DNA of 64,000 nt, from assembly GCA_034669905.1 (NCBI GenBank), contig JAXMOL010000041.1:11934-75933 (forward strand), given 5' to 3'. Shown in pieces: positions 1 to 9,207 of this stretch (position 1 is its first letter; every line of letters begins with the position of its first letter). The position numbers and the translations under genes were made by a program. Below the pieces are notes generated by a model, which had not been told where the DNA came from, made no database searches, and saw nothing but the letters and a program-made list of their open reading frames with translations. The DNA is from Candidatus Hydrogenedentota bacterium (GTDB lineage Bacteria > Hydrogenedentota > Hydrogenedentia > Hydrogenedentales > JAEUWI01).

Positions 1-208
1 TGGCATCAAACTCGGCGACCACCGGGCCGTATTCTCCCGCCACGATGTGATCGAGCAGGGCCGTTGCCTTTGCTACATTGGCAGAATCGGACACGGCGGG
101 AGCAGGCTGGGGCGTGGTGTCGCTGGTCGTCGCGGGCGGTTGATTGCAGGATGAAAGCACCCCTGCGGTCAATGCGATGGCCGCGGTAGCGGCAAAATGG
201 CGGATCAT
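1..208 (-). CDS. Lipoprotein, probable DUF3887-like domain (partial, runs off window start)
   Basis: Manual translation from ATG at 208: MIRHFAATAAIALTAGVLSSCNQPPATT...KATALLDHIVAGEYGPVVAEFDA; lipobox LSSC; GGAGG RBS upstream. Not in ORF track. Confidence 0.65.
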   Translation of the reverse strand, partial: MIRHFAATAAIALTAGVLSSCNQPPATTSDTTPQPAPAVSDSANVAKATALLDHIVAGEYGPVVAEFDA

Positions 209-376
209 GGCGGGTTCCTCCCGGAGTTGGCCGGACCGTTGCGGCCCGATAAGGTAACTACCGCCGGGCCGTCCGTATTATTCACACGCAGGCGCTGATT
301 CGCATCGGGGGCGCTGCCGCGATCGCGGGGTCATCATTGCGTATACTGTGACAATTAGCAACCCGGGAGACCGCAC

Positions 377-1732
377 ATGCCTAGCCTTTGGAGTTCTGTT
401 CTCAATGCCTGCCTGCTGGGTACCATCGCCCTGACCGCCGCCGCGGAAGAGCGGCAGCTCACCTTCACACCCAAGCACCACGACCTGGATGGCACCCACA
501 ACTTCTCTGCCGACGACCAGTTCCTCGTCTATGACACCCGGGGACTGGCCGGTCCGGGCATCGACAATTCCCAGTCGATTGAAAAAGTATCCGTCGACAC
601 GGGGAAGGAAACGGTGCTCTATCGCCCGAGCGAAATACTCACGGGCCCCGAGGGCATGGCCGCTCCCGGCGTGGGCGCGCCCTATTACTCCGTCGCCGAT
701 GATGTGGTGGCCTTCATCCACGGGCCCATGGTGGCGGATGTGGCGGAGCGGGGACCCTATGGGAAAAACAACCGTACGGGCATGGAGGTCCGTGCCGATG
801 GCTCGGGCCTGTGGCGTTGGCTCGATGCCCGCGACGTGAGCCCGGGCGAAACAACACCCGGTGCCCATCGGGGCGGCACCCATGACCATGAATACACGAC
901 CGAAGGAACGCGCATCGGCATCACCTACGACGATGCCCTCCTGCCCGAATATGACCGCACGATTGCCTACCTGGAACGACACCGCGACGCACCGGAGGAA
1001 GCCTCCCACTACTTCGCCCTGCTGGTCCCGGTGGCGAAGAAAGGCCACGCAAAGCCCGGCGAGATGGAACGGGCCTGGGGCGACAACTGGGTGGATGAAC
1101 AGGGCACCATGCGGGCCTTCATTGGCAAGGTGCGGGCGGCCGATGGCGAAGGCTATGAACAATCTTTATTCGTGGTGGACATCCCAGAGACGGTAGACAT
1201 CACCACGGCGGACTCCGGCTCCGACACGCGCTTTCCGGGGCCGCCGAAGGGCACTACAATCCGTCGTCTCACCAAGGACTTCGCCGACGGCATCGTACGC
1301 TGTCACGAGCCGACGGCGCGTATCGCCTACTATGGCGGCGACGCGGAGGGACCGAAGCAGATCTTCGTCGTCCCGGCGACCGGCGGTGCCGCCCATCCCG
1401 ATCCCGCGATGCGCCCCGTGCAGGTGAGCCATTTCGAAAGGGGCGTGACAGGCGGCCTGCGCTGGCATCCCGACGGCACGGCCATTGCCTGTATCGTCGA
1501 CAATGGGGTGGCGGTGGTATCGCTGGTGGAGAAGGATGGCGCCTTCGGAAAGGTCACCTACCTGACGCCCCGCAACGACACCCCCGAGCGCCTCAATCTC
1601 GTCTGGTCCCACGATGGCAAGACACTGGCCTTCAACAAACGGGTCGAGACCAAAGGCCCGACCGGTGAGGTCGTGACCGGCTTCGATGGCCGGGATCTAT
1701 TGCAGATCTTTTTGGTGGACGCAGGAACGTAA
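377..1732 (+). CDS. yidR: Secreted YidR/DUF3748-family beta-propeller (TolB-like) protein
   Basis: Signal peptide; motifs RQLTFTPKHH, FLVYDTR, FIHGP, LDARDVSPGETTPGAHRGGTHDH resemble E. coli YidR; PD40-like WHPDG/WSHDG repeats; GGAG RBS. Confidence 0.75.
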   Translation: MPSLWSSVLNACLLGTIALTAAAEERQLTFTPKHHDLDGTHNFSADDQFLVYDTRGLAGPGIDNSQSIEKVSVDTGKETVLYRPSEILTGPEGMAAPGVGAPYYSVADDVVAFIHGPMVADVAERGPYGKNNRTGMEVRADGSGLWRWLDARDVSPGETTPGAHRGGTHDHEYTTEGTRIGITYDDALLPEYDRTIAYLERHRDAPEEASHYFALLVPVAKKGHAKPGEMERAWGDNWVDEQGTMRAFIGKVRAADGEGYEQSLFVVDIPETVDITTADSGSDTRFPGPPKGTTIRRLTKDFADGIVRCHEPTARIAYYGGDAEGPKQIFVVPATGGAAHPDPAMRPVQVSHFERGVTGGLRWHPDGTAIACIVDNGVAVVSLVEKDGAFGKVTYLTPRNDTPERLNLVWSHDGKTLAFNKRVETKGPTGEVVTGFDGRDLLQIFLVDAGT

Positions 1733-2476
1733 TTACTTGCCCGTTTTCGGCAGGAACAGTATTGCCCCCGGAGCGAAGTCTGCGGAATCAACATGGCCCG
1801 CATGCTTCTTGTCACCGCTTACCATGTGGATGTGGGTCGCATCACCATGGTGCGTGAAGACCCCGGCATGGGCCGTGGAATACACCCCAATGAGCGTCAC
1901 GGGGATATCCTTCACTTCGAAGAAACGCATTAACTCTCGGTGGGGCCTGGTGATGGTGTATCCGCCGTCGGTGTTCGAAATCACATGATAGGACACGCGC
2001 GCTGTGGCCGTCTCCACCTTAAACGGAAAAGGACGCGTCATATCAATGCCATGGGTACGGGCCGTTTCGGCCGTCCACGACGCCAGGGCGGCCAGATCGG
2101 TCACGGTTTCAGGCACCTTGTATTGGACCCACCGAGCGACTTGGCCATAGACCAGGAAAGGTGCCTGATGCGCCCAGGTCTGCTCAATCTCCACCTTGCC
2201 CTCCACCACGCGGGAAATATAGGCCGCGCCGTCTAGCACGGTAATCTCACCCCGAAGCCCTGCCAGTGGCCCCAATGCGAAGCCCATTGGCTTTTGCGCG
2301 CACTTCGCCAGATCCGCCTGGGGGCTGGCGTCCCCTTCGCGGTGGACCTTCATGAGCTTGCCAACCCAGGCCACGTGATAGCCCTCTGTGACGGGGGCCT
2401 CGGCCGCGACCGTCGGCGTGTTGAGTACGAAGGTTGCGACCAGCAGGCCGAAGAGAATTTTGTGCCAGGTATTCAT
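1733..2476 (-). CDS. Secreted alpha-acetolactate decarboxylase-fold protein
   Basis: LGPLAGLRGEITVLDG and THIHMVSGDKKHAGHV (HxH-x10-H Zn triad) typical of the ALDC family; N-terminal signal peptide; GGAGG RBS. Confidence 0.7.
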   Translation of the reverse strand: MNTWHKILFGLLVATFVLNTPTVAAEAPVTEGYHVAWVGKLMKVHREGDASPQADLAKCAQKPMGFALGPLAGLRGEITVLDGAAYISRVVEGKVEIEQTWAHQAPFLVYGQVARWVQYKVPETVTDLAALASWTAETARTHGIDMTRPFPFKVETATARVSYHVISNTDGGYTITRPHRELMRFFEVKDIPVTLIGVYSTAHAGVFTHHGDATHIHMVSGDKKHAGHVDSADFAPGAILFLPKTGK

Positions 2477-2604
2477 CCTGTACCTCCAGCTAAAATCGGT
2501 TCATGGATGGGTATTCGAACCGCTCAGGACAGCAGCCCGCAGCCCCACGATCACGCTTTGGTATCCCCAAAGCGCGATCGCGTGGTTCCGGGACATTCCT
2601 GCGC

Positions 2605-3072
2605 CTAGTAGTCGAGGATCTTGTCTGCCTCCAACAGCAGATTCGGAATGGTGTTTTCTGCGGGTACGCCAATCGTGGCACCTGGTCGGAGATCTTCGGC
2701 GCCAATACCGGCCGCTGCCGCGCAATGGGGACACACGATCACCTGACCGCCCCCTTTGACAAATCCCTCATAGTGGGTGGCGAGGGGCTCGTGGGCCGTA
2801 CCCCACATAACGTTCAGCGGGAGTCGGCTGTCCACCAGCCGTACGCCCTCCAGATCGACGAATAACGTGACATCGGCGCCCCCCGCCTGCATGGCGGACG
2901 CCAGTTTTACGGCCATGAAGACGGCGTGCAAATCACCGGTATATTTCGACAGGTGGACCACCACGTTTTGTCCATCGCCCATTTTGACCGATTGGGCCGT
3001 GTTGGAAACACCGAGGGTAAGACCAACGACAATGAGCGGCACGATGAGAAAGAGGATGTACTTGGCTCTCAT
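2605..3072 (-). CDS. DsrE/DsrF-like family protein with N-terminal signal/TM
   Basis: VTLFVDLEGV, GGQVIVCPHC and C-terminal ADKILDY motifs; AGGAG RBS. Confidence 0.8.
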   Translation of the reverse strand: MRAKYILFLIVPLIVVGLTLGVSNTAQSVKMGDGQNVVVHLSKYTGDLHAVFMAVKLASAMQAGGADVTLFVDLEGVRLVDSRLPLNVMWGTAHEPLATHYEGFVKGGGQVIVCPHCAAAAGIGAEDLRPGATIGVPAENTIPNLLLEADKILDY

Positions 3073-3363
3073 GACTGAGTTCTCCTGATGGGTTTGTATG
3101 CGTTGCCATCATGGAGCATAAATCAGACCAAGCGTATGGCGGACACCCATTTCATGCAGGCACGTATTCATCCGGTAGTTACGGGACCGTGCAACACCCC
3201 CGATGCTGCGGCGCCCTGTGCAACATGTGCGCAATTTCAACGGGTGTGCGCATTTTTCCCTGCACAGAAATGTGCTGTGCCGTCTCAGTCGGGTTTCATT
3301 GGGAACTCGGAATGTTGGGAAGGGGTAGGGCATGCGCTAGTCGGGGCCGTCTTTCTCGCTCCG

Positions 3364-3417
3364 GGCACCCCGTATGCCGGCGGGCCGCCGGCGCTCCATA
3401 GTATCGCGTAGGCACGG
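3364..3417. repeat. REP-like GC hairpin element (GCCGGCGGGCCGCCGGC); further copies 3724-3777 and 4863-4899
   Basis: Three near-identical copies of ggcaccccgtatgccggcgggccgccggcgctccata seen by eye. Confidence 0.8.
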
Positions 3418-3845
3418 GGACTGCCTTCGCATCTGTATCGGCCATGAAATGCAAAAAGGCCGTGACCTACATCTGGATACGCGGTGACAACCCCATCACT
3501 ACGGTGTGCGAGGCTGTACCGGCAGTGTTGGTGACGTCACCGTAACCACGCAAAGGAAGCGACCTATCATCATCCCCCCGGAAACAATACGCCCGCCGAA
3601 GTCGACAGTGGCGTCCTGACATGGTCATCCCTCCACACACACGAATTCTCCTCCGGCGAATCTTCGACCCGCAGGGCCGGATCGCGTGGCACGGGGACAT
3701 GATCCCCGGTCCAGGAAGTGCGCGGCACCCCGTATGCCGCCGGGCCGCCGGGGCTCCATAGTATCGCGTAGGCACGGAACGTTATTCCCGTCAGTTATAC
3801 ATAAAATGGGCCGTGGCTTTGCAGTCCTGGTCGACCTTGATTCGC
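3411..3845. repeat. Direct repeat copy 1 (intergenic block plus duplicated 3' end of the 4921-6357 gene)
   Basis: 3411-3563 vs 4568-4720: 147/153 identical; 3681-3760 vs 4820-4899: 75/80; 3791-3845 vs 4921-4975: 51/55. Confidence 0.9.
3791..3845 (-). pseudogene. Orphan duplicated 3' fragment (RIKVDQDCKATAHFMYN*) of the upstream 4921-6357 gene
   Basis: Translates to the last 17 residues of that gene with one Y/H change. Confidence 0.85.
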
Positions 3846-3847
3846 GC

Positions 3848-4243
3848 TTAGACGGGCGCTTCAAACCCGGTGGACTCCAACGCCGCCTGATCGAAGCTCA
3901 GTACGACGGAACATCCCGATGCGGTGGCCAATTCGCGGATGAGGTAATCGGAAAAATCCGCCTTACCACCCGCAAATTCCCGCAACGCGCGCCGACATAG
4001 TTCTCCGCGTTCGATCTCGAAATCCGATGCCGCCAGTATATGTTCAAACAAGGCAACACAATCGGGCTTCGGGATCTTGTAGGCCGATTTCAGTACCCAG
4101 AGTAATTCGCACAAGACCACCATCGCGATGAACCCACGATTCTCGGGCGTGAGCGTTGCAATGGCTCGGCTGGCTTTCGCAGATTGTACGGGGTCATCTT
4201 GGACCACATGACGAACCAGCACATTGGTATCAAGGGCTATCAA
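3848..4243 (-). CDS. vapC: VapC/PIN-domain toxin
   Basis: MIALDTNVLVR, VLCELLW, ADFSDYLI, LSFD: PIN acidic residues intact; overlaps the antitoxin stop. Confidence 0.9.
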   Translation of the reverse strand: MIALDTNVLVRHVVQDDPVQSAKASRAIATLTPENRGFIAMVVLCELLWVLKSAYKIPKPDCVALFEHILAASDFEIERGELCRRALREFAGGKADFSDYLIRELATASGCSVVLSFDQAALESTGFEAPV

Positions 4244-4488
4244 CGGTTACGGCGTCCAGCGTTTTCTGCGATGGCCCGCTCCATATCCTCCAGGCTTTTG
4301 GGTGGACCCGTGTACTTATCCTTCAGGAACCCCTTCAGACGTGAGGCGCACGCCGTTTTCGGTCTCAGGGCGTAGGAGCCGTCTTCATTCCGCTCAAAGG
4401 CGATCCGATCTCCGGAGCGGAGATGGAGTTCATCCCGCAGTGCCTTCGGCAGCGTGATTTGGCCCTTGCTTGTAAGGGTAGATTCCAT
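4240..4488 (-). CDS. AbrB/MazE/SpoVT-family antitoxin
   Basis: MESTLTSKGQITLPKALRDELHLRSGDRIAF swapped-hairpin motif; 4-bp overlap with vapC. Confidence 0.9.
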   Translation of the reverse strand: MESTLTSKGQITLPKALRDELHLRSGDRIAFERNEDGSYALRPKTACASRLKGFLKDKYTGPPKSLEDMERAIAENAGRRNR

Positions 4489-4516
4489 CTTGGGGCTTCC
4501 TCGTTTCGTCCTCTAT

Positions 4517-4536
4517 TCCTTACCTAATTGTAAGGA
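4517..4536. promoter_or_regulatory. Palindromic operator upstream of TA operon (probable autoregulation)
   Basis: TCCTTAC-ctaatt-GTAAGGA perfect 7-bp inverted repeat ~30 bp upstream of the antitoxin ATG. Confidence 0.65.
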
Positions 4537-4567
4537 GAATGCGGCGGGCTGTCAAGGCATGGGGCGT

Positions 4568-4975
4568 GGCACGGGGACTGCCTTCGCACCTGTATTGGCC
4601 ATGAAATGCGATAAGGTCGTGCCCTACATCTGGATACGCGGTGACAACCCCATCACTACGGTGTGCGAGGCTGTACCGGCAGTGTTGGTGACGTCACCGT
4701 AACCACGCAAAGGAAGCGACTTATTTCCCCCCGTGAAAAGCAGGACGCCCGAATCAGATCCTCCCCGATGGCTCGAATCCTTCCGCGCTCCACGCACACG
4801 AAACCACGTGGAACTCGGCATCGCGTGGCACGGGGACATGCTCCCCGGTCCAGGGAGTGCGCGGCACTCCGTATGCCGGCGGGCCGCCGGCGCTCCATAC
4901 CTTATAGAACACACACGTCCTCAGTTATACATAAAATAGGCCGTGGCCTTGCAGTCCTGGTCCACTTTGATTCGC
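4568..4975. repeat. Direct repeat copy 2
   Basis: See copy 1; includes the true 3' end of the 4921-6357 gene. Confidence 0.9.
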
Positions 4976-6357
4976 ACCCAGTGGGCGCTGTAGCCATCGG
5001 GGAAGACGTGGTGTTGGTAGCCTTTTCCCGGCACTTCAAAGGTGTCGTACCAATGGAAGGTGCCGTCGCCCAGGAAATCGACTTCCACCCGAAATCGTAC
5101 GACCTCGTCGCTGTCGTGATTAAGGTGCAAGACCTTCTTGTCGAAGCCCGTCATGAGGAAGGGGTCGGAGGTGGTGTCTTTGCGGACGGGTGTTTCCCAC
5201 CAGGGCCCCCCCCAGCCTTTGGGCTTGCCCATCTGCCAGAGGTCGTCGATGTTGCCGAACCAGAAGCCCGATTGGGGCTGACCCACGGCGTTGTCGGTCT
5301 GGTCGCCCGCCATGACGAAGAGGCCCCGCCAGTAGCAGAAATCGGGCACGATGCGGAGGTGGGTGCTGATGGGCCGGATGCCCCAGAGCTTGCCGCCGTA
5401 GATCATGGGGGGCAGTTCGTAGAACATACCGTGGATGTCCATGAGATAGCGTTCGGTCTGGGCCTCGCGAATGCGCATCCACTCGGTGTTCCAGGTGTGG
5501 TCGAAGGAATGGCTGGCCTTGGGCAAGAGGTAGCGGGTCCATTTGCCCTCGTGAAGCACCCGCAGGATGACCGAGGACTTGTCCCAGCCCGTGGCGAAGA
5601 GGGTGTTGCCGTAGCGCTTGCCCGGTGCGGGGTTCTGCTTCCCGGAAACCTCCACGAAGGGATTGCGCTCGAGGATGGTCCAGCTGTTGCCATCAAACTG
5701 GGCCAGACAGCCGCTGGCACGCCGTCCGAGGAATTCGGGCTCTTCATAGGTGTTGTTCGCCACGATGAGGCGTCCCTGGGCCGTGTGGGCCCCCTTGAAG
5801 TGGGGCTGGCCCTGAATGCCGAACTCCTGGGTCAGATCGTAGAGTTCGGTGGCTTCCAGGGAGCTGAGATCCACCTCAAAGAGCTTACCTTCCATGGTCA
5901 GGAAATAGGCCATGGTCTTGGGGTTCACCAGATGGCGTGCGGTAGCCGTAAGTCGATGACTCTTAAGAGCTTCGATGGTACGCACCGTCCCATCCGGGTC
6001 GATGACGTGGGGGCCGATAATGGCCTGGTTGCTCTCCCAGTGGACCATGCGGTTGGCGAAGGTACCGGTGACCGATTCGGGGTGCTTCCGCATGGTCATA
6101 TCATCGGATATCTCGTAGAGACCGATGCCATCGCCGCGGATATGGGCCACATAGCCGATGGCCCAGAGCTTGTCCGCCCAGGGAATCAAGGCCCCGATTC
6201 CGGTTTCCGTGTTGCTGCCTACGCCTTCGGCGAATACGGTCATTTTGGGATAGACCCCGCCGATGGAGGGGTTTTCGGCCGTCTGGGACAGGGCAGCGGG
6301 ACCGAACAAGAGCCCTCCCAACAGGACGATGGCATACAGGTGCGTGGTACGAATCAT
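4921..6357 (-). CDS. Secreted conserved hypothetical protein (Trp-rich, beta-rich)
   Basis: Start reassigned to MIRTTHLYAIVLLGG (AAGGGG RBS, signal peptide); GC3-biased coding; ORF track 4921-6477. Confidence 0.75.
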   Translation of the reverse strand: MIRTTHLYAIVLLGGLLFGPAALSQTAENPSIGGVYPKMTVFAEGVGSNTETGIGALIPWADKLWAIGYVAHIRGDGIGLYEISDDMTMRKHPESVTGTFANRMVHWESNQAIIGPHVIDPDGTVRTIEALKSHRLTATARHLVNPKTMAYFLTMEGKLFEVDLSSLEATELYDLTQEFGIQGQPHFKGAHTAQGRLIVANNTYEEPEFLGRRASGCLAQFDGNSWTILERNPFVEVSGKQNPAPGKRYGNTLFATGWDKSSVILRVLHEGKWTRYLLPKASHSFDHTWNTEWMRIREAQTERYLMDIHGMFYELPPMIYGGKLWGIRPISTHLRIVPDFCYWRGLFVMAGDQTDNAVGQPQSGFWFGNIDDLWQMGKPKGWGGPWWETPVRKDTTSDPFLMTGFDKKVLHLNHDSDEVVRFRVEVDFLGDGTFHWYDTFEVPGKGYQHHVFPDGYSAHWVRIKVDQDCKATAYFMYN

Positions 6358-6558
6358 GGCTATTCCCCTTGGTACATGGCCTCGTTGAACGGATCGATGG
6401 GACGATACGCCACCACCTGCCTGCTGTGCAAACAACGCTTGGCCTCCACCCGATGGGGACGTGACACGCCTTGTCACGCTCTAGTATGCTATGGGTTTTG
6501 CAGCGCTGATTACGACAACCCGTGCCCTTTCGGCATCTAACCCACATAGAAAGCGCCC

Positions 6559-7143
6559 ATGCGTAGAAATACCCGGATTGGCCTTGTCTTTGGCCTGACC
6601 TTTGTCTATGCCCTCCTCCGCTATGTGGTGTTTCACGATGTGCCACTCGCCAATGTGCCCTTGTATGTGGCCAACAAGGCGATTTCCTGGAGTGGGGTCT
6701 TTCTATTCGGTATGTCGCTCGTGGCGACCGGAAAATCCGACCGGCGCCACTATGGCACCCTGGCATTCGCGGCGATTATCGCCCATCTGATTATGTCGCT
6801 CATGGTACTCAACCCCCACTATTTTTCGAAATTCTACGGCGAAAGTGGCCGTATGAACGCCATCGGCGAGTGGTCCATGCTCTTTGGCGTATGCGGTTTC
6901 TTGTTTCTGGGTGGCCTCTTCTTCCTCAATGTCGCCGGAAAACATGGTACGGGAGCCTCCTTAAAAGCGGGTTGGGGCCGCCTGGTATTGTGGCTAGCCG
7001 TCCTCCATGTGGGGGTGATGGGCTTCGCAGGATGGTTCACACCAGGCAACTGGCCGGGCTATCTCCCCCCCATCACCTTGGCTTCTGGTGTCACCGCCCT
7101 GTATTATCTCTACGTGCGTGGTCAACGTCCCTCGGGTCACTGA
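6559..7143 (+). CDS. STEAP/YedZ(MsrQ)-like ferric-reductase transmembrane protein
   Basis: About 6 TM helices; LRY..VPLYVANKA, RRHYG..AHLIMSL, EWSMLFG, LHVGVMG..YLPP motifs parallel the STEAP TM domain, with two candidate heme His. Confidence 0.6.
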   Translation: MRRNTRIGLVFGLTFVYALLRYVVFHDVPLANVPLYVANKAISWSGVFLFGMSLVATGKSDRRHYGTLAFAAIIAHLIMSLMVLNPHYFSKFYGESGRMNAIGEWSMLFGVCGFLFLGGLFFLNVAGKHGTGASLKAGWGRLVLWLAVLHVGVMGFAGWFTPGNWPGYLPPITLASGVTALYYLYVRGQRPSGH

Positions 7144-7257
7144 GGAGACGATCTAACCCGGTAAGCAACGGAACGGACGGGGGTCCGGTCACTTCTGGTG
7201 ATGGTTGCAACCAACGGGAGGCAATGGTTTCATCTAACGGGAATTTCGGAGAAGTAC

Positions 7258-8724
7258 ATGTTTTACCGTCGTGCACGTGGTCTGGGCCTGCTCCTTATTG
7301 TGGTCATTATTACCGCTTATAGTGCGCATGGGGGAAAGATGGTTTTTCCCGTGGTTGATCCTCCGGTAGAAGGGCCCAATTTCACAGCCCTGGCCCCGGG
7401 CGCCTCGACCCCACCCGATACCAACGGGGCAGTCGGCCCCAATCACCTCCTGCTCGCCACCAATGGCACGGTACGCATTCATGATCGCACCGGTGCACTG
7501 CTCAGCAGCGTGAGCCTGGCCGCCTTCTGGTCGGGCCTCGGGGTGAGCGATATGTTCGACCCCCGGAGTATCTTCGACCCCCACAACCAGCGTTTTATCA
7601 TGATTACCTGTGCCCATCGACGCAGTGCCGCCTCTTCCATGCTCTTCGCCGTCAGCGCGACCGACGATCCAACGGGAACCTGGCATCAGTGGCAATTCGA
7701 CGCAGATGCCGCGAATATAGACTGGGTCGACTACGGCAACCTGGGCTTTACGGCCAATGAAATCACCTTTTCGGGCAATATGTTTACCATTGCCGCCGAT
7801 AATTTCTCCGGGTCGACTTTCTGGCGCATCAACACCGCCTCGGCCCTGGATGGTGGCGCATTGACCATGGAACAGTTCTTTTCCGCCGGCGTGGGCGGTA
7901 CGGTGGTACCCGTAGCCACGTACGACGCCAGCGAAACTACCCAGTATATGGTTCGGGTAGGCTCGGCCAACATTTTCGGGGTCGGACGGATTAACGTGAT
8001 GAGAATCGGGGGGAGCATCGGTTCCTCCAGTATCGTGCCCTCACCCGCCTCGGCCCTGGGAGACAGCTGGAGTGTATCCCTTCCTGATGCTCCCCAACTG
8101 GGGTCGGCGAGTCGGATCGAGACCAACGATAACCGCATTCTCTCCGCCGTGTACCAGGACGGAAGCATCTGGGCCTGTCACACCGTCGCCTTGCCGGCCA
8201 TGGCCCCCAACCACACCGCGGCAAAATGGTGGGAAATCACCCCCGCTACCGGCGACGCTGTCCAAAGCGGGGTGTTGGAAGACCCGACTGGGCAACAGTT
8301 TTACTACTTTCCTGCCCTCACCGTGAATGAAACCGGGGTCATGGGCCTGGGTTGCAGCGGTAGTGCGGCCACCGAATATGTCAGCACCTATTACGCCTGG
8401 CGCGATCCCGGGCTTCCCGATGGGCTCCTGACCGGCGTGCAGCAATATCATGCCGGGGTCGGGCCCTATACGGGGCCGCGCTGGGGCGACTACAGCGGCG
8501 TATACCTGGATCCTGTGGATGGGGAATCCATCTGGGTGCTGCAACAATACGCCGAAACCTCGAATCAATGGGGCATCCAGTGGGTAAAGCTGAACTTCAA
8601 CGTGGTGGTGGGGCTTTCCGCGTATAGTAATGCCGCACTGGCCAGCACCCTGTTTATGCTGGTCTTCTTCGGTATCTTGCTGCTTCGCCGTCGGTTTCGT
8701 AACGCCCCTCCCCGCTCGGCCTGA
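7258..8724 (+). CDS. Secreted PPD-GAVGPNH...RWGDYS domain protein with C-terminal TM sorting tail; paralog of the giant adhesin head
   Basis: GGAGAAG RBS before ATG 7258; signal peptide; tail GLSAYSNAALASTLFMLVFFGILLLRRRFR; colinear with the N-terminal ~420-aa domain of the next gene. Confidence 0.85.
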   Translation: MFYRRARGLGLLLIVVIITAYSAHGGKMVFPVVDPPVEGPNFTALAPGASTPPDTNGAVGPNHLLLATNGTVRIHDRTGALLSSVSLAAFWSGLGVSDMFDPRSIFDPHNQRFIMITCAHRRSAASSMLFAVSATDDPTGTWHQWQFDADAANIDWVDYGNLGFTANEITFSGNMFTIAADNFSGSTFWRINTASALDGGALTMEQFFSAGVGGTVVPVATYDASETTQYMVRVGSANIFGVGRINVMRIGGSIGSSSIVPSPASALGDSWSVSLPDAPQLGSASRIETNDNRILSAVYQDGSIWACHTVALPAMAPNHTAAKWWEITPATGDAVQSGVLEDPTGQQFYYFPALTVNETGVMGLGCSGSAATEYVSTYYAWRDPGLPDGLLTGVQQYHAGVGPYTGPRWGDYSGVYLDPVDGESIWVLQQYAETSNQWGIQWVKLNFNVVVGLSAYSNAALASTLFMLVFFGILLLRRRFRNAPPRSA

Positions 8725-8857
8725 TTGCTTTCCCTGAACGTCGGGGCAGCCCCCCCCCTACCCGGGGGCAAATGTCAACAGATTACTGGTACCATTCGGA
8801 CCCTGTGGTAAGGTCGCCCTGAATCCGGGCACAGCGCCATGAACCAATAATAACCGA

Positions 8858-8882
8858 TAAGTTATTTATTAAAAACCACTTA
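8858..8882. promoter_or_regulatory. AT-rich TAAGT-N15-ACTTA motif (IHF-like site) upstream of the adhesin
   Basis: Palindromic ends in an AT-rich island; the same 25-bp spacing recurs in the origin region. Confidence 0.4.
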
Positions 8883-9207
8883 CAACATAACCAAGGGATG
8901 GGGGGTGGCCGCCCAACACGCCTTTTGCTACTACGACAGGGTAGGCTCGCAGCGGTTTCTGGTGGTTGCTGTAAATAATGCGCCACGTGTTGTGTGTTTT
9001 TAGTGTACAATGGTAGGTACTATAATTCTGAATTCAATTTAGCACGGTCGCGGACTATGTCAACGAGAATCTCGCTGTGTCCTTTACCATCCGATCACCG
9101 TATGGTAGCATTGAAGTACCGTTCCGGTGGCAGGGACACAAAGGCGGGTTGTATCACGTTGCGATGCAGCTGGTCTGCGCGTGCGCGTATTCAACAAGGA
9201 CTTCTTG

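Noticed and set aside
3217..3280. Clustered TGTGC/GCACA motifs upstream of the DsrE-like gene as sigma54 enhancer sites
   Set aside because: No matching -24/-12 GG-N10-GC promoter found by eye; support too weak.
3411..4975. Integron cassette or IS composite transposon
   Set aside because: No convincing attC (GTTRRRY/RYYYAAC) structure, integrase or transposase; repeats are direct and include a gene tail.
4663..6540. 625-aa + strand ORF, and similar ones at 38923, 46762, 49988, 52072, 53621, 61625
   Set aside because: Each lies antisense to a better-supported gene with signal peptide or family motifs.
9127..9207. ORF-track upstream starts (9127, 7198, 6477, 40023, 44429, 49822, 53733, 53786, 63706)
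   Set aside because: Downstream starts have better RBS and place signal peptides or domain starts at the N-terminus.
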